Source: an uncultured delta proteobacterium (lineage in GTDB: Bacteria; Desulfobacterota; Binatia; UBA9968). Taken from it: a stretch of DNA of 64,000 bases. Below, piece after piece: positions 39,756 to 50,049 of this stretch. The notes below the pieces were generated by a model. It was given only the letters and a program-made list of their open reading frames with translations. It did not search any database and was not told where the DNA came from. The position numbers and the translations under genes are program-made. The stretch spans positions 1 to 64,000 of the forward strand of contig CAVWLW010000002.1 of NCBI GenBank assembly GCA_963755715.1. Reading direction: 5' to 3'. Position 1 is the stretch's first letter; each line of letters opens with the position of its first letter.

Positions 39756-41003
39756 ATGCTTAGTCGCGCAGAGAACGAGCTCTTGACCCAAGTTGGATCG
39801 GGCACGCCGATGGGCGCGCTGATGCGCTATTATTGGCTTCCCGCGCTTTTGTCAGAGGAAATCGCGACGCCCGATTGTCCGCCTGTTCGGGTGCGTCTTT
39901 TGGGCGAAGATCTAATTGCCTTTCGAGATTCCCAGGGCCGGGTGGGTTTGCTCGGCGAACACTGCGCCCATCGCGGCACGTCGTTGTTTTACGGCCGTAA
40001 CGAAGAGTGCGGCTTAACTTGCATTTATCACGGTTGGAAATATGACGTGGACGGCAACGTCTTGGAGACGCCCGCCGAGCCGCGCGATCGCGATTTCAAG
40101 AAAAAGCTCCGTCATACCGCCTACCCATGCAAAGAAATCGCCGGCATCGTTTTCACTTACATGGGGCCGGCGGAAAAGCTGCCGTTGTTGCCACGCTACG
40201 AGTGGGTCGGTCTGGCACCCGAACAGGTTTGCCCGGTCAAATCCTATCTCGAGTGCAATTATCTCCAGGGCATCGAGGGTGACTTCGATTCATCGCACAC
40301 GTCATTTCTGCACAAAAATGATTTGCAAAATGCCGCGCGCTTGAAGCGCGACGGCGCGCCGATGTTGGATGCAGAGGAGACCCCTTACGGTATGCGCGCG
40401 ATCTCGATTCGAAAAGTTGGCACAGAGCAGATTTATATTCGTACCAGCCCTTACATTCTGCCGTGTTTCAGCATCGTGCCCGGACCGCCGACGGCGAAAT
40501 TCGAAGACGATGATATTCGCGGCTTCAGATTCTGGGTGCCGATCGACGACCGGACGACTTGGCTTTATATCTTGAACATGCGCAATAAGGCGTTTACAGC
40601 GGAGGAGCGAAAAAGCCTGCGCAGTTGGATTGGCGCCGACTACCGAAGAATTCGCAACGCGGCAAACAATTATCTGCGGAACCCCGAACTGCAAAGAACG
40701 ACGAGTTATACCGGTATCGAGGCGGTCAACCCGGCGGAGCAGGACGGTTGCGCAACGGAGAGCATGGGCGTGATTTGCGATCGCAGCAAAGAACACCTCG
40801 GTTACAGCGACAAGACAATCATCGCGCTGCGTAAGATGCTTTTGGCTGCGGTAAACGATTTGCAGCAGGGGAAGGAGCCGCGGCACATCGTGCGCGATCC
40901 GGCGATGAATGATTTTTCCCGCTTGCGCTCGATCAAGGGCGTCTTGCCGGCGGAGACGGACTGGCGGAAGCTCATGGAAGGGTTGGGGCCGAACGAGGGG
41001 TAA
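39756..41003 (+). CDS. Rieske non-heme iron oxygenase alpha subunit (phthalate 4,5-dioxygenase/LigXa-like)
   Basis: CAHRG...CIYHGWKY Rieske motif; EGDFDSSHTSFLH and EQD mononuclear iron ligands. Confidence 0.92.
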   Translation: MLSRAENELLTQVGSGTPMGALMRYYWLPALLSEEIATPDCPPVRVRLLGEDLIAFRDSQGRVGLLGEHCAHRGTSLFYGRNEECGLTCIYHGWKYDVDGNVLETPAEPRDRDFKKKLRHTAYPCKEIAGIVFTYMGPAEKLPLLPRYEWVGLAPEQVCPVKSYLECNYLQGIEGDFDSSHTSFLHKNDLQNAARLKRDGAPMLDAEETPYGMRAISIRKVGTEQIYIRTSPYILPCFSIVPGPPTAKFEDDDIRGFRFWVPIDDRTTWLYILNMRNKAFTAEERKSLRSWIGADYRRIRNAANNYLRNPELQRTTSYTGIEAVNPAEQDGCATESMGVICDRSKEHLGYSDKTIIALRKMLLAAVNDLQQGKEPRHIVRDPAMNDFSRLRSIKGVLPAETDWRKLMEGLGPNEG

Positions 41004-41017
41004 TAAATCATATCCGG

Positions 41018-41056
41018 GTTCCAGCCGTTCAAAATGTTCAAATAGTTCAAATCGTT
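41018..41056. repeat. 9-mer tandem repeat GTTC(A/C)ANNN x4
   Basis: GTTCCAGCC GTTCAAAAT GTTCAAATA GTTCAAATC GTT directly after the Rieske gene. Confidence 0.6.
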
Positions 41057-41103
41057 GTACGGAAGTATTACCGATTGATGGAAAGAAGAAGTTTAGTGAC
41101 ACC

Positions 41104-42159
41104 GTGAAACAGGGGAAAACTAAGATTCGTCGTGCGATCGTCATTGTGGCTTTTGTGGCGCTGTTCGGTAGCGGTGCGCCTTCGGTGACCGCCCAGCCGC
41201 TGCACAAAACGGTGGCGATGATCGGGGCGCGAAGCGGCGCTTCGTGGCCGTTGTGGATCGCCAAGGAATCGCGTCTCTACGCCAAGTACGGTCTTGACGT
41301 CGAGCTAGTTTACGCGGTTCATCCGGCGCCGATCGCGGCTGTTATTACCGGCCAGGCGGCGATGACTTCTTCGGGCAGCGATCCAGCCTTGCTCGCAGTC
41401 GCGAAAGATCCTTCTCTCGTCGTGCTCGGCGGATTTATGAACAAAGGCTCCTTCGCGCTGATCGGGTCAAAGAGCGCCACTGATATGAAACAGCTGGCGG
41501 GGAAGAAGATCGGCATCGGCCGGGTCGGCGATCCGCCGTACCACATGGCGGTGAGTTTGCTGCGAAAGCACGGCTATACGGCGCGCGACGTGCAGTGGGT
41601 TTCCGTGGGTGTCGATGCCGCGACACGCGCGGCTGCGCTGCAAAGCGGCCAGATCGACGCGGCTTTGATCACCGCGCCGGCCTATTTTCGGCTCCAGGCC
41701 GCCGGCTTGCCGGTGTTGGCCACGTTGATGGATTACGACGACATCTACGTCTCGACGTATTATCTGTTCCGGCGCGATGCCCTGACCAAAGAGCGCCCGA
41801 CCGCGATCGCGTTTATCAAGGCTCACGCCGAAGCGATCAAAAGATTCTACGACGACAGAGCTTTTGCGACCGAGACCATGATCAAATACGGCGGTACTCG
41901 CAATATCGACGATGCCAATCGAGTATACGAACTCTTTCGCAAGGCGCGCGTGCTGGAGCCGATCCCGTTTGCGCTCAAAGGTTCGGTGGACGCCGTTGTC
42001 GAGCGGCAGGGCCAAGAGCTCAAAGGGGTCGATTTCAGTAAAATGATCGACAACAGTTTGGTCGACCAGTTGGTCAAAGAAAAATATTTCGAAACTGTTT
42101 TCGGACCGCCGATACGCGACGAGCAGCTGCGCAAACAGGCTCAGGCGTTCGGCAAGTAA
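41104..42159 (+). CDS. SsuA/THI5-like substrate-binding protein
   Basis: Signal peptide, LWIAKE..LYAKYGLDVEL, LAGKKIG, ALQSGQIDA; start approximate. Confidence 0.85.
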   Translation: MKQGKTKIRRAIVIVAFVALFGSGAPSVTAQPLHKTVAMIGARSGASWPLWIAKESRLYAKYGLDVELVYAVHPAPIAAVITGQAAMTSSGSDPALLAVAKDPSLVVLGGFMNKGSFALIGSKSATDMKQLAGKKIGIGRVGDPPYHMAVSLLRKHGYTARDVQWVSVGVDAATRAAALQSGQIDAALITAPAYFRLQAAGLPVLATLMDYDDIYVSTYYLFRRDALTKERPTAIAFIKAHAEAIKRFYDDRAFATETMIKYGGTRNIDDANRVYELFRKARVLEPIPFALKGSVDAVVERQGQELKGVDFSKMIDNSLVDQLVKEKYFETVFGPPIRDEQLRKQAQAFGK

Positions 42160-42217
42160 TCGTGAATTGTCGACGTCCGACAACGCGGCGGCTCGGCGAA
42201 TTCCTTGATTCTACCCT

Positions 42218-43216
42218 TTACTTTTTCTGCAGCGACTTGAAGAATCCCTGCTTATCCAGCTCGCGCAAGATATCTTCATTGACGAACTCCTGCGCCTTTT
42301 TTCCTTTCGCGTCGGCGCGACTGTTCGCCAGGTCGTCGACGGCGACTTGGACGCCGGACAGTTCGGTATAGGGCGGAAAGGAAATCCGCGGCGCGTAACT
42401 CCGGTAAGCGCTTTCGAGCAGACCTTTGTCCTGCGTGCGCATCCACTTCGACAGGCTCTTTTGTCCGAGCACGGGATCGCTTTTGAAAATATAAATCGCC
42501 TCGCTGATCCCCTGGAGAAAACCGCGCACAACACTGCGCTTGGTGTTTTGCAAGGTCCTGGACGTCAGCAAGCTTACCGTCGCAAACGAATCCTCCAGAT
42601 CGCCAAGGTCGAGCAAGACCGGCATGCCCGCCGCTTTCGCCCGGTCGACGAAAGCGCCGGTAAGCACCGTCGCGTCGATCAGGCCGTTTTGCAGCGCGGT
42701 GAAGCGATCGCGGCTGCCGCCGCTGCGCACCAGCATGATACTTTTCTCGTCGATGCCCCAGTGCCTGAGCGCGGTGGCAACGACGATCTGATTCAATCCG
42801 ATGACGGACAGGACGCCGATCTTTTTGCCGCGCAATTCCTGTGGCGAGCGGATGCCTGGCCGAGCGACGACGCTGTAAGTGTGTTTGTTGAAATAAGTGC
42901 CGATAATGATGATATCGGCGCCGGAAAGATCCGCGGCGATATGCGGCTGCGGCGCGACGACGTCGAACTGTATCTCGCCGCCGGTCAGCGCGTTGGCCGA
43001 TTCCGCGCCACCGCGGAAAAGAATCGGCTCTAGATTCACACCGTATTTCTTGAATAGACCGAGATCGACGCCGAGCCAGAGGGGCACTTGGTAGCCGGAA
43101 ATGCCGCTGTAACCGGCGCGCACTCGCTCCTGTGCATGGGTCGGTGCAGCGCTGTAGAACGCGGCGACTAGCAGCAAACTTGGCAATAGAAATCTAGTAG
43201 TTAGTAATCGACTCAT
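42218..43216 (-). CDS. SsuA/THI5-like substrate-binding protein
   Basis: Signal peptide, GLFKKYG, ELRGKKIG, ALQNGLIDA, LRELDKQGFF. Confidence 0.88.
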   Translation of the reverse strand: MSRLLTTRFLLPSLLLVAAFYSAAPTHAQERVRAGYSGISGYQVPLWLGVDLGLFKKYGVNLEPILFRGGAESANALTGGEIQFDVVAPQPHIAADLSGADIIIIGTYFNKHTYSVVARPGIRSPQELRGKKIGVLSVIGLNQIVVATALRHWGIDEKSIMLVRSGGSRDRFTALQNGLIDATVLTGAFVDRAKAAGMPVLLDLGDLEDSFATVSLLTSRTLQNTKRSVVRGFLQGISEAIYIFKSDPVLGQKSLSKWMRTQDKGLLESAYRSYAPRISFPPYTELSGVQVAVDDLANSRADAKGKKAQEFVNEDILRELDKQGFFKSLQKK

Positions 43217-43250
43217 CTGCGCTCGCGGATCTGAGCCCAATCCCTCCAGC

Positions 43251-44091
43251 TTATTCAGCCAGCGGCCAGCGCAGCCAGTTCGCGAGAGCTCGGCCCATGA
43301 TCCACTCTTTGTCTTGCGCGGAAAGAAAATCCAGCTCTTCGGTGAACAATGTGACGGCTTGACGGTAGCTGCAGGGCATCTGCGACAGGTCGGTGCCCCA
43401 GAAAATTCTTTGCGGACCGAACGCGTCGACAACGCGACGGATCTGCGGATGCAGTGTTGGAAACGGATAGGGCTCGGCGACATAGCAGGGTAGGCAGGAA
43501 GCTTTGACTCCGACATTTTTCATGCGCGCGAAATTGAGCAAGACATCGATGCCGGGCCCTAAGTCTTTGCCCTTCCACTGAACGTTCAGTCCCATGTGGT
43601 CGACGATCACGCGCAGGCCGGGATGGCGCTCCGCGATCGCGCCGATCTTGGCTACCGCGAAAGGCGCGAAGATCATGACCGGGATATCGTAACGCTCGCA
43701 GTCGGCCCAGAACCAATCCGCCGTGCCATCGTCGAGAAACGAGTGCGTGCCGCTGTGGCGAAAGCTGATGCGGAAGCCGAGCATGCCCGGCTGCTGGAGC
43801 CATGACGCGATTCGATCCTTGCTCGCTGGATCGTTGAGCGGCACTTTCCCCATGACCGCGAAGCGGTCGGGATATTTCTGCGCTGCTTCGAGCGCGTAAT
43901 CGTTGCGGTAACCTTCCCATGACGGAGGTACGAGGATCACGCGATCGACGCCGGCGATTTTCATTTCTTCCAACAAACGATCGTAGGTCAGTGGGATCGG
44001 ATCGGTGCGGTTTGGAAGCGTCTTCTTTGATGTAAGGTCGTTCCGCTGTCTCCGGCGGCCAGATGTGGACTTGGGCGTCAATGATGGTCAT
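43251..44091 (-). CDS. Amidohydrolase_2 (LigI/lactonase-like); frameshift near 44005
   Basis: IIDAQVHIW in one frame; VDHMG, K.S, FGPQRIFWGTD in the other. Confidence 0.85.
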
Positions 44092-44158
44092 GAGAAGGCA
44101 TTAGTCAATAGGCATCAGGCAATAGTCAATCCGGGATTTCGAAACAAGGATCGGCTTG

Positions 44159-45163
44159 TTATTTGCCGCTGTTGACCTGGCGCACAAAACGGTCGTCGAA
44201 AAATTGCGCGGGTTTGGCGGTTTTCGCTTCCGGTATCGATTCGGAGAGAAAATCCAAGATTCCTTGAAGACCCGGTTCAGACGTCACGAGCTCGCGGCGG
44301 AAGCCGGCTTTCTTATAAAACTCATAACTGCGGTCGAGCACATCGTGATCGGTCTCTTTAGCGTATTTGCCGATCACTTTCATGGCAAAAGCTTTGTCGG
44401 CGTAGTAGCGCTCGACACCCGCGCGGACTGCGCGCAGCAGCGGGACGAGGCGAGATCCGAGCTCGTCCATGCGACCTCGCCGGACGACAAGGCCGACGTT
44501 TTGATAGGGCACATCCAGCAGGCTCACAAGTGAATGAAATCCATCACGCTCCAATTTAAAGCTGGCGGGCGGCGAGCCGACGCCGCCGGCGATTTGACCG
44601 GCGTAAAACGCCGCGACGATTTGCGGACTGCTGCCGAGCGGGCGCAGTTGAACGTCCTTGGGGGTGAGGCCCATTTTCTTCAGTGCGACAAGCGTTCCGT
44701 AGGCGACCGGGGTTGCCGGGCGATCGGTGCCGATGATTTTGCCTTTGAGCTGCTCGACGTTCTTGATTTCCGGGCGCGCGTAAAAATCCCAGATCATCGT
44801 GTTCAACAGACCGGCGACGAACACGACGTCGATGCCGCGTAGAGATGCGGTGAGCACCGGTGCCGCGGAGACCTCGACGACGTCAATTTCGTTGGCAATC
44901 AGTGCAGGGATGGCACTGCTGGAAGACATGGAAAGAACTTCCGTGTCCAGCGCTTCTCTTGCGAACCCGCCGCTATCCTTGGCCATCCAAACCGGCGCCA
45001 TGGTTGCCGAAGTGCTCAGATAAGCGACGCGCAGAGGCCGGGCGCCACGCGTGGTCGCTTGCGCCTGGCTTGCGCTTGGCGCGATTAAGAACATAACCGT
45101 AAACAGGAGGCCTGCGTGAAGCCAGGCCGCGCCGAGGTAATCGGTGGAGACGTTAAACCGCAT
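44159..45163 (-). CDS. SsuA/THI5-like substrate-binding protein
   Basis: Signal peptide, VWMAKDSG, QLKGKIIG, FFDDRFV. Confidence 0.88.
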   Translation of the reverse strand: MRFNVSTDYLGAAWLHAGLLFTVMFLIAPSASQAQATTRGARPLRVAYLSTSATMAPVWMAKDSGGFAREALDTEVLSMSSSSAIPALIANEIDVVEVSAAPVLTASLRGIDVVFVAGLLNTMIWDFYARPEIKNVEQLKGKIIGTDRPATPVAYGTLVALKKMGLTPKDVQLRPLGSSPQIVAAFYAGQIAGGVGSPPASFKLERDGFHSLVSLLDVPYQNVGLVVRRGRMDELGSRLVPLLRAVRAGVERYYADKAFAMKVIGKYAKETDHDVLDRSYEFYKKAGFRRELVTSEPGLQGILDFLSESIPEAKTAKPAQFFDDRFVRQVNSGK

Positions 45164-45521
45164 TGGAGCACCTCGCGATAGACAGACCCGATCTCAATCA
45201 ATTCAATTGCGGGTAAAATAGGCAGATCATTCGGTAGCGTCAAGGCAAAATCCACTGTCAAGGCGAATGAACCGCCCTCTTGATAGGACGCTCAAAGTGC
45301 ACAGGGGACAATAATGTGCGGATTTTTGGTCAGAATAACGGTGAAAACGCCCCCAGCGATCGAGTTTTTCGCTGCGGGCGCGGCGGTTCGGACCTTGCTG
45401 TTCTATCGAGAAGAAAATGATTGGATCGATCCGAGGAAAAACATTAGTAAACGAATCTGCACTTCATACGTCTACTCATCATGTCTGCCGCGGCGTTTAA
45501 AATTTAGTTAGGAGGCAGCTT

Positions 45522-45683
45522 ATGAAGGGGTTACCGGCTACATTATTGGCATTGGTTTTCGCGTTCTTCTCGTTACTCTCGCTGCTCATGACGCCACAAG
45601 ATTCGGACAGGAGGATAGCGCTCTCGCCGGACAGCTCCGCGAGGGTTTCTGAGATCGGTCTTCGCGTCACGTTTCAGCGATAA
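45522..45683 (+). CDS. Small 53-aa membrane or secreted protein (below ORF-track cutoff)
   Basis: GGAGG RBS; MKGLPATLLALVFAFFSLLSLLMTPQ...FQR. Confidence 0.5.
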   Translation: MKGLPATLLALVFAFFSLLSLLMTPQDSDRRIALSPDSSARVSEIGLRVTFQR

Positions 45684-45760
45684 TTCTTGAACTCGCGGTT
45701 TGACACCAGGCTCTGGTTCGATCTCCGGCCCATCAACAACACTGGCCGCGAACACTTTTC

Positions 45761-46321
45761 TTACGGCGTCGCTCGCACGGCCGGGCGGTCGAGCAGACGT
45801 TGCATCCAGGCTTTCACGTGCGGCAGATCGCTGCCGATCGTCGTTTGGTAGCGCTGCAAGCGGCAGAAGAACGGGATGTAAGTAATATCCGCTAAAGAAT
45901 ACTCGCCGGCGAGGTATTCCCTCTCGCGCATTTCTTGATTCAAGGTCGTGAGATAACCGCGCACCTTTTCTTTCGACTTCTCCACCTCATGATCGTGAGC
46001 AATATATCCGCCGGCTTGCTGTAAGCGCGTATTGCAGTAATCGATCCAGATGCGCGCTCGCGCCCGTTGCAGAGGGTCGCGTGGCAAGAGCGGAACCTGC
46101 GGATATTTTTCTTCCAGATATTCGTCGATGATCGCCGATTCGTAGATGACGCCGTCGCCATCGACCAGCACCGGCACTTTAGCGTATGGATTCAGTCTCA
46201 GGAGGTCTTCCGGTTTGTTGCTGAGGTCGCACTCGATGAGTTCGTAGGAGAGTTTTTTCTCGGCCAGGACAAGCCTTGTCCTGTGGGCGTAGGGTCAAGG
46301 CTGGTAGGAATAAAGTTTCAT
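45761..46321 (-). CDS. Selenocysteine-containing glutathione S-transferase (omega-like, UPYA motif)
   Basis: RBS AAGGAG, then MKLYSYQP-TGA-PYAHRTRLVLAEK, in frame with NPYAKVPVL..YESAII.EYLEE; TGA at 46295-46297 occupies the CPY catalytic Cys position. Confidence 0.85.
46265..46283 (-). promoter_or_regulatory. Putative bacterial SECIS hairpin
   Basis: CAGGACAA-GGC-UUGUCCUG; loop starts with G about 20 nt after the UGA. Confidence 0.7.
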
Positions 46322-46339
46322 GGCTTGCTCCTTTTCATT

Positions 46340-46714
46340 TTACTTGTCGTTGGCGAAACGTTTGGTGTTAATGACCGCACGTCTATGATTACCGGCGCCG
46401 ATCTTGATCCCCTGGTCGTTAATCGCTGAGACGGAGTAGCGTATTTTGTTGTCCTTGACTTCAGTCAACTCGGCCGTGATTGTAACGCTCTGGCCAATTC
46501 TTGTCGGCGCCAAATGGTAGACGTCCACGTGGATGCCGACAGTTTGCTCGTTTTCATCGAGATGCGGTTCCGTGAGATCGACGCAGGTCCGCTCCATGAG
46601 TCCGATCATCGCCGGTGTCGAGAAGACGTCGTTCTCGAGCTGGCTCGCGCGCATCGCCATAGTCGTGACGTAAGTCGCGGTTCGAGTGAGGCCGGATGCC
46701 AGACTGCTTTTCAT
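46340..46714 (-). CDS. Hotdog-fold thioesterase (fluoroacetyl-CoA thioesterase FlK-like)
   Basis: VFSTPAMIGLME, TVG.HV.V.HLAPT, G.HRRA. Confidence 0.88.
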   Translation of the reverse strand: MKSSLASGLTRTATYVTTMAMRASQLENDVFSTPAMIGLMERTCVDLTEPHLDENEQTVGIHVDVYHLAPTRIGQSVTITAELTEVKDNKIRYSVSAINDQGIKIGAGNHRRAVINTKRFANDK

Positions 46715-46857
46715 GAAAAGAATATACGGGAGAGCGGAGGCCTGGCGCAACTCCGAGCAATGCACGGGGTCTGTTACGTGGGGTCTGGCGCTTGATTTTC
46801 ACCTCTTGCTTCTGCCTTTTGAATTCCTGGCTAGGATTATATTAGCGCCGAGTCAAA

Positions 46858-47493
46858 TCAGTACAAACCGGGAATCAATCGATAACGTACCGCAGCCATG
46901 TAGTTACGATAGATCTCATCCTGAGCGAGTAATCGCTCTTCGAATCTGATGCGCCACATCATCAAAACGACGCCGGCGAGAACCACGCTGCTATTGTAAA
47001 GGCTCGGATGGCGCATGAGGGTGCCAAGCGCCGCGACTATGTAGGAAAGATAAATAGGATGACGCACGAAGCGATACACGCCGGAGGTTCGGATATCTCG
47101 AAGAGAGGGCAGCACAGCGAAGCTGCGGCCCAAGCACTGGATGGAAATGATCGTTGTTATTGAGCCGATGGCAGTGACCACGCCACCCACGAAACCAAGC
47201 ACGGCCGAAGACGTCGGCTTGACATCGAAGGCGAGAAAGTAAATCAGCGATAACAACGTGACCAGGATTTCCAGCGGGCGTTTGGTTGAGTACCGCGCCG
47301 GTTGACGGATGGCGAAGATGTAAGCGCATTGGATGTGAAGAGCCACGAACAACCATATCGGGGTATACGCATCGGGTATGGCATAGCGCCAGGTAAAGAC
47401 GGCCAATACCAGCGATAGGGCGACCCAGAGCAAATCGAGCTTGCGATGCTTAATTTCAAGCGATCTCGACATTGTCAATGATTGTGTAGGCAT
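46858..47493 (-). CDS. Isoprenylcysteine carboxylmethyltransferase/PEMT family membrane protein
   Basis: LGRSF, GVYRFVRHPIY, EERLL, Y..Y...V.YRLIP. Confidence 0.88.
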   Translation of the reverse strand: MPTQSLTMSRSLEIKHRKLDLLWVALSLVLAVFTWRYAIPDAYTPIWLFVALHIQCAYIFAIRQPARYSTKRPLEILVTLLSLIYFLAFDVKPTSSAVLGFVGGVVTAIGSITTIISIQCLGRSFAVLPSLRDIRTSGVYRFVRHPIYLSYIVAALGTLMRHPSLYNSSVVLAGVVLMMWRIRFEERLLAQDEIYRNYMAAVRYRLIPGLY

Positions 47494-47741
47494 GGCGGTC
47501 CCAATCCCGGATCTGAAACAATTTTACACTGTCACCCGGTTAGGGAGAAGAATAAAGTAGTCAAGCGAAATCGGCAGGCTTGAATCGCCATCGTTCGTTC
47601 AAGCCCTCAGCCTCGTTGAAGTTTAAGCATTGGATTCGGGGCGAGGAATCTAGCAATCGGATCTGGTCTCTTTAAACTCCGCGCTAGCTCACTATGACCC
47701 GGAAATCAATTCATGTTATGACATGAGAAAAATCCTTAGGA

Positions 47742-48791
47742 GTGAGCGAAATGTTATTACCCTTTCGTGAACATCTCGATTTCGGTCCGACGCCGTACGA
47801 CCAATTGCAGGCAAAAGAAGGAATTCCGATCATCAAGGGCAACGTCGTCGCCGATGTGACGGCCTTGGAGCTCGGCAGATGGGAGCGCACGGGCGCGATG
47901 GGTTGCTATCTCAATCTTTCCAATCAGCAACTGACAGACGCCTATGTGTGCGAGATTGCTCCCGGCGGCCAGACGTTGCCGCAGCGGCATCTGTTCGAGG
48001 AAATCATTTATGTCGCCAAGGGGCGCGGCGCGACTTCGGTTTGGCAGGAAGGCGCCGGCAAAGTCACCTTTGAATGGGCGCAGGGCGCGATCTTCGCGAT
48101 TCCGCTGAACGCCTCGTACATTCACTACAACGGTTCGCGCGACGAACCAGTCCGCCTGTTTGCCGGCACGACTTGCCCGCGCATGATCAATATTTTTCAC
48201 AACGAGGATTTCATCTTTCGCAATCCATTTAATTTTCGCGATCGCTTCCACGAAGGCGACGAGTTTTTGCGCTACAACAAGCACATGGCAGAGCGCTACT
48301 GGGAAACCAATTTGGTGCCGGACGTCAATCAATTCGCCCTCGACGATTTTCCCATGAAAGGCAAAGGCGTTAAGCACATGCGCTTTACGCTCGCCGACAC
48401 CACCTACGGCTGTCACGTCTCGGAGTTTCCGCCGGGCTGCCGCAGCACTTTTCATCGCCACGGCCCGGGCGCGGTGATCATCATTACGCAAGGCGAAGGT
48501 TACGTCGTGCTGTGGAAAGACGGCGAAGAACGGCAGCTCCATCAGTTTAAAGTCGGCACCGTCTATTCGCCAGACGATCTCATGTGGCACGGCCACTTCA
48601 ATACCGGCAGCGGTGCCATGCGCCACTTTGCCATGCGCGGCGACAGCCCGAAGTACAGCCATGACCGCTTTCGCAATCCGTTGTGGACGATGATCCCGAT
48701 GGATGAAGAGCCGCCCGATATTCACCGCGAGTACGTCGATGTGCTCAAGGAAAAAGGCGTAAAAGCCGCGGTGTCGGTGGTGGAAGATTAA
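47742..48791 (+). CDS. Bicupin domain protein
   Basis: QRHLFEEIIYV..G.G...HYN and HRHGPGA...G.G...WHGHFN. Confidence 0.85.
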   Translation: MSEMLLPFREHLDFGPTPYDQLQAKEGIPIIKGNVVADVTALELGRWERTGAMGCYLNLSNQQLTDAYVCEIAPGGQTLPQRHLFEEIIYVAKGRGATSVWQEGAGKVTFEWAQGAIFAIPLNASYIHYNGSRDEPVRLFAGTTCPRMINIFHNEDFIFRNPFNFRDRFHEGDEFLRYNKHMAERYWETNLVPDVNQFALDDFPMKGKGVKHMRFTLADTTYGCHVSEFPPGCRSTFHRHGPGAVIIITQGEGYVVLWKDGEERQLHQFKVGTVYSPDDLMWHGHFNTGSGAMRHFAMRGDSPKYSHDRFRNPLWTMIPMDEEPPDIHREYVDVLKEKGVKAAVSVVED

Positions 48792-48882
48792 GCAGGCAAT
48801 AGGACAATAGCCAATAGGCAACAGGGAAGAGGCAATACAAGAAAAATCATCGCCATAGACCAAGAGCGACGTAATTCTATGG

Positions 48883-49869
48883 TCAACGCAGCTTCAGCTC
48901 CTTTTGCACTTCGCGCAGGGGCGCAAAGTCGCGTAGTTGATCGAGTGACGCCGGCTTTGGCAAACCGAGGGTCTGCACGCGCAAGTCAACGATGGCCTGC
49001 ATCGTGGCGTCGCTGATACCGCCGTCGCTACTGAAACCCGGCAGGACCAGGTCGTAGGACTTGGAAGCGACGTCAGGTTTTTGACCGAGCCACTGCGCCA
49101 TAATCGCGACAGTGTCATCGCGCCGATCGCGCACAAAACGCAACCCGCGCACCAGCGCGCGAATCACTCTTTTGACTTCAGACCGCCTTTCCGCGAGCCT
49201 CTGGTTCGAAGCGCTCAAACCCATCGTCGGGCTGCCGACTTTAACATCATTGGGCCCGGCGATGATCCGGTAGCCGTCGCGTTCGAGCAGGACGGGGCCC
49301 GGCGGCAGCAGGCAAACCGCATCGGCAAGGCCGCTGGTCAGCACGCTCATGCGCACCGGCAGGTCGCCGCTGATCGTGACAAACTGAACGTCCTTGAGGT
49401 CGACGCCTTTGGATTCGAGAATCGCTTCAGCGGCAATGCGGTCCGATAAGCCGCGCGGCTGGGCGGCGAGTTTTTTGCCGCGCAGCTCGGCGACGCTTTT
49501 TATGCCGGGACGCGCAACGATATAGTAAGGCGGCTTTTCGGTGATCACCGCCAGCAGCTTAGCGGGCACGCCTTGCATGATCGCGTTTAAAATACTGCCG
49601 AAGGTTGTCGTGTATTGGATCTCATTGTTGATCAGCGCCGGCGCGGCCACGGGCGGCCGCATTTGAACCATTACCGGCTCGAAGCCTTCGTCGCGAAAAA
49701 ATCCTTTGGTCGCCGCCACGTGGGCCGGAAGAAATGCGAAGTCTCTGCTGGAGTAGGAAATAATTATTTTTTCTTCTTGGGCGGCATGAGTCGTGGTTGG
49801 TCCCAGAGCCAGAGCCACACTGATAAGAAGCGAACCGACAATTGGGCAATCCAGACTGCGCTTGAACAT
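48883..49869 (-). CDS. SsuA/THI5-like substrate-binding protein
   Basis: Signal peptide, KGFFRDEG, ELRGKKLA, FSSDG, DF..LREVQKEL. Confidence 0.88.
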   Translation of the reverse strand: MFKRSLDCPIVGSLLISVALALGPTTTHAAQEEKIIISYSSRDFAFLPAHVAATKGFFRDEGFEPVMVQMRPPVAAPALINNEIQYTTTFGSILNAIMQGVPAKLLAVITEKPPYYIVARPGIKSVAELRGKKLAAQPRGLSDRIAAEAILESKGVDLKDVQFVTISGDLPVRMSVLTSGLADAVCLLPPGPVLLERDGYRIIAGPNDVKVGSPTMGLSASNQRLAERRSEVKRVIRALVRGLRFVRDRRDDTVAIMAQWLGQKPDVASKSYDLVLPGFSSDGGISDATMQAIVDLRVQTLGLPKPASLDQLRDFAPLREVQKELKLR

Positions 49870-50049
49870 TGTTTTCTCCTTGGTGATTAGCGACGTGATC
49901 GACTCGAACATAAGTGAAGCGACACAAATCTGTCAACGTGAAAGGGGTTTTTGGCTTCCGCTTGGTTTTTCACGCGGCCTGGTAGGCATTGTTCCTTGAC
50001 AGCGGTCGAATGCTGTAACTATATCGTAAGTACCAGCAAGGAGGTCGTC

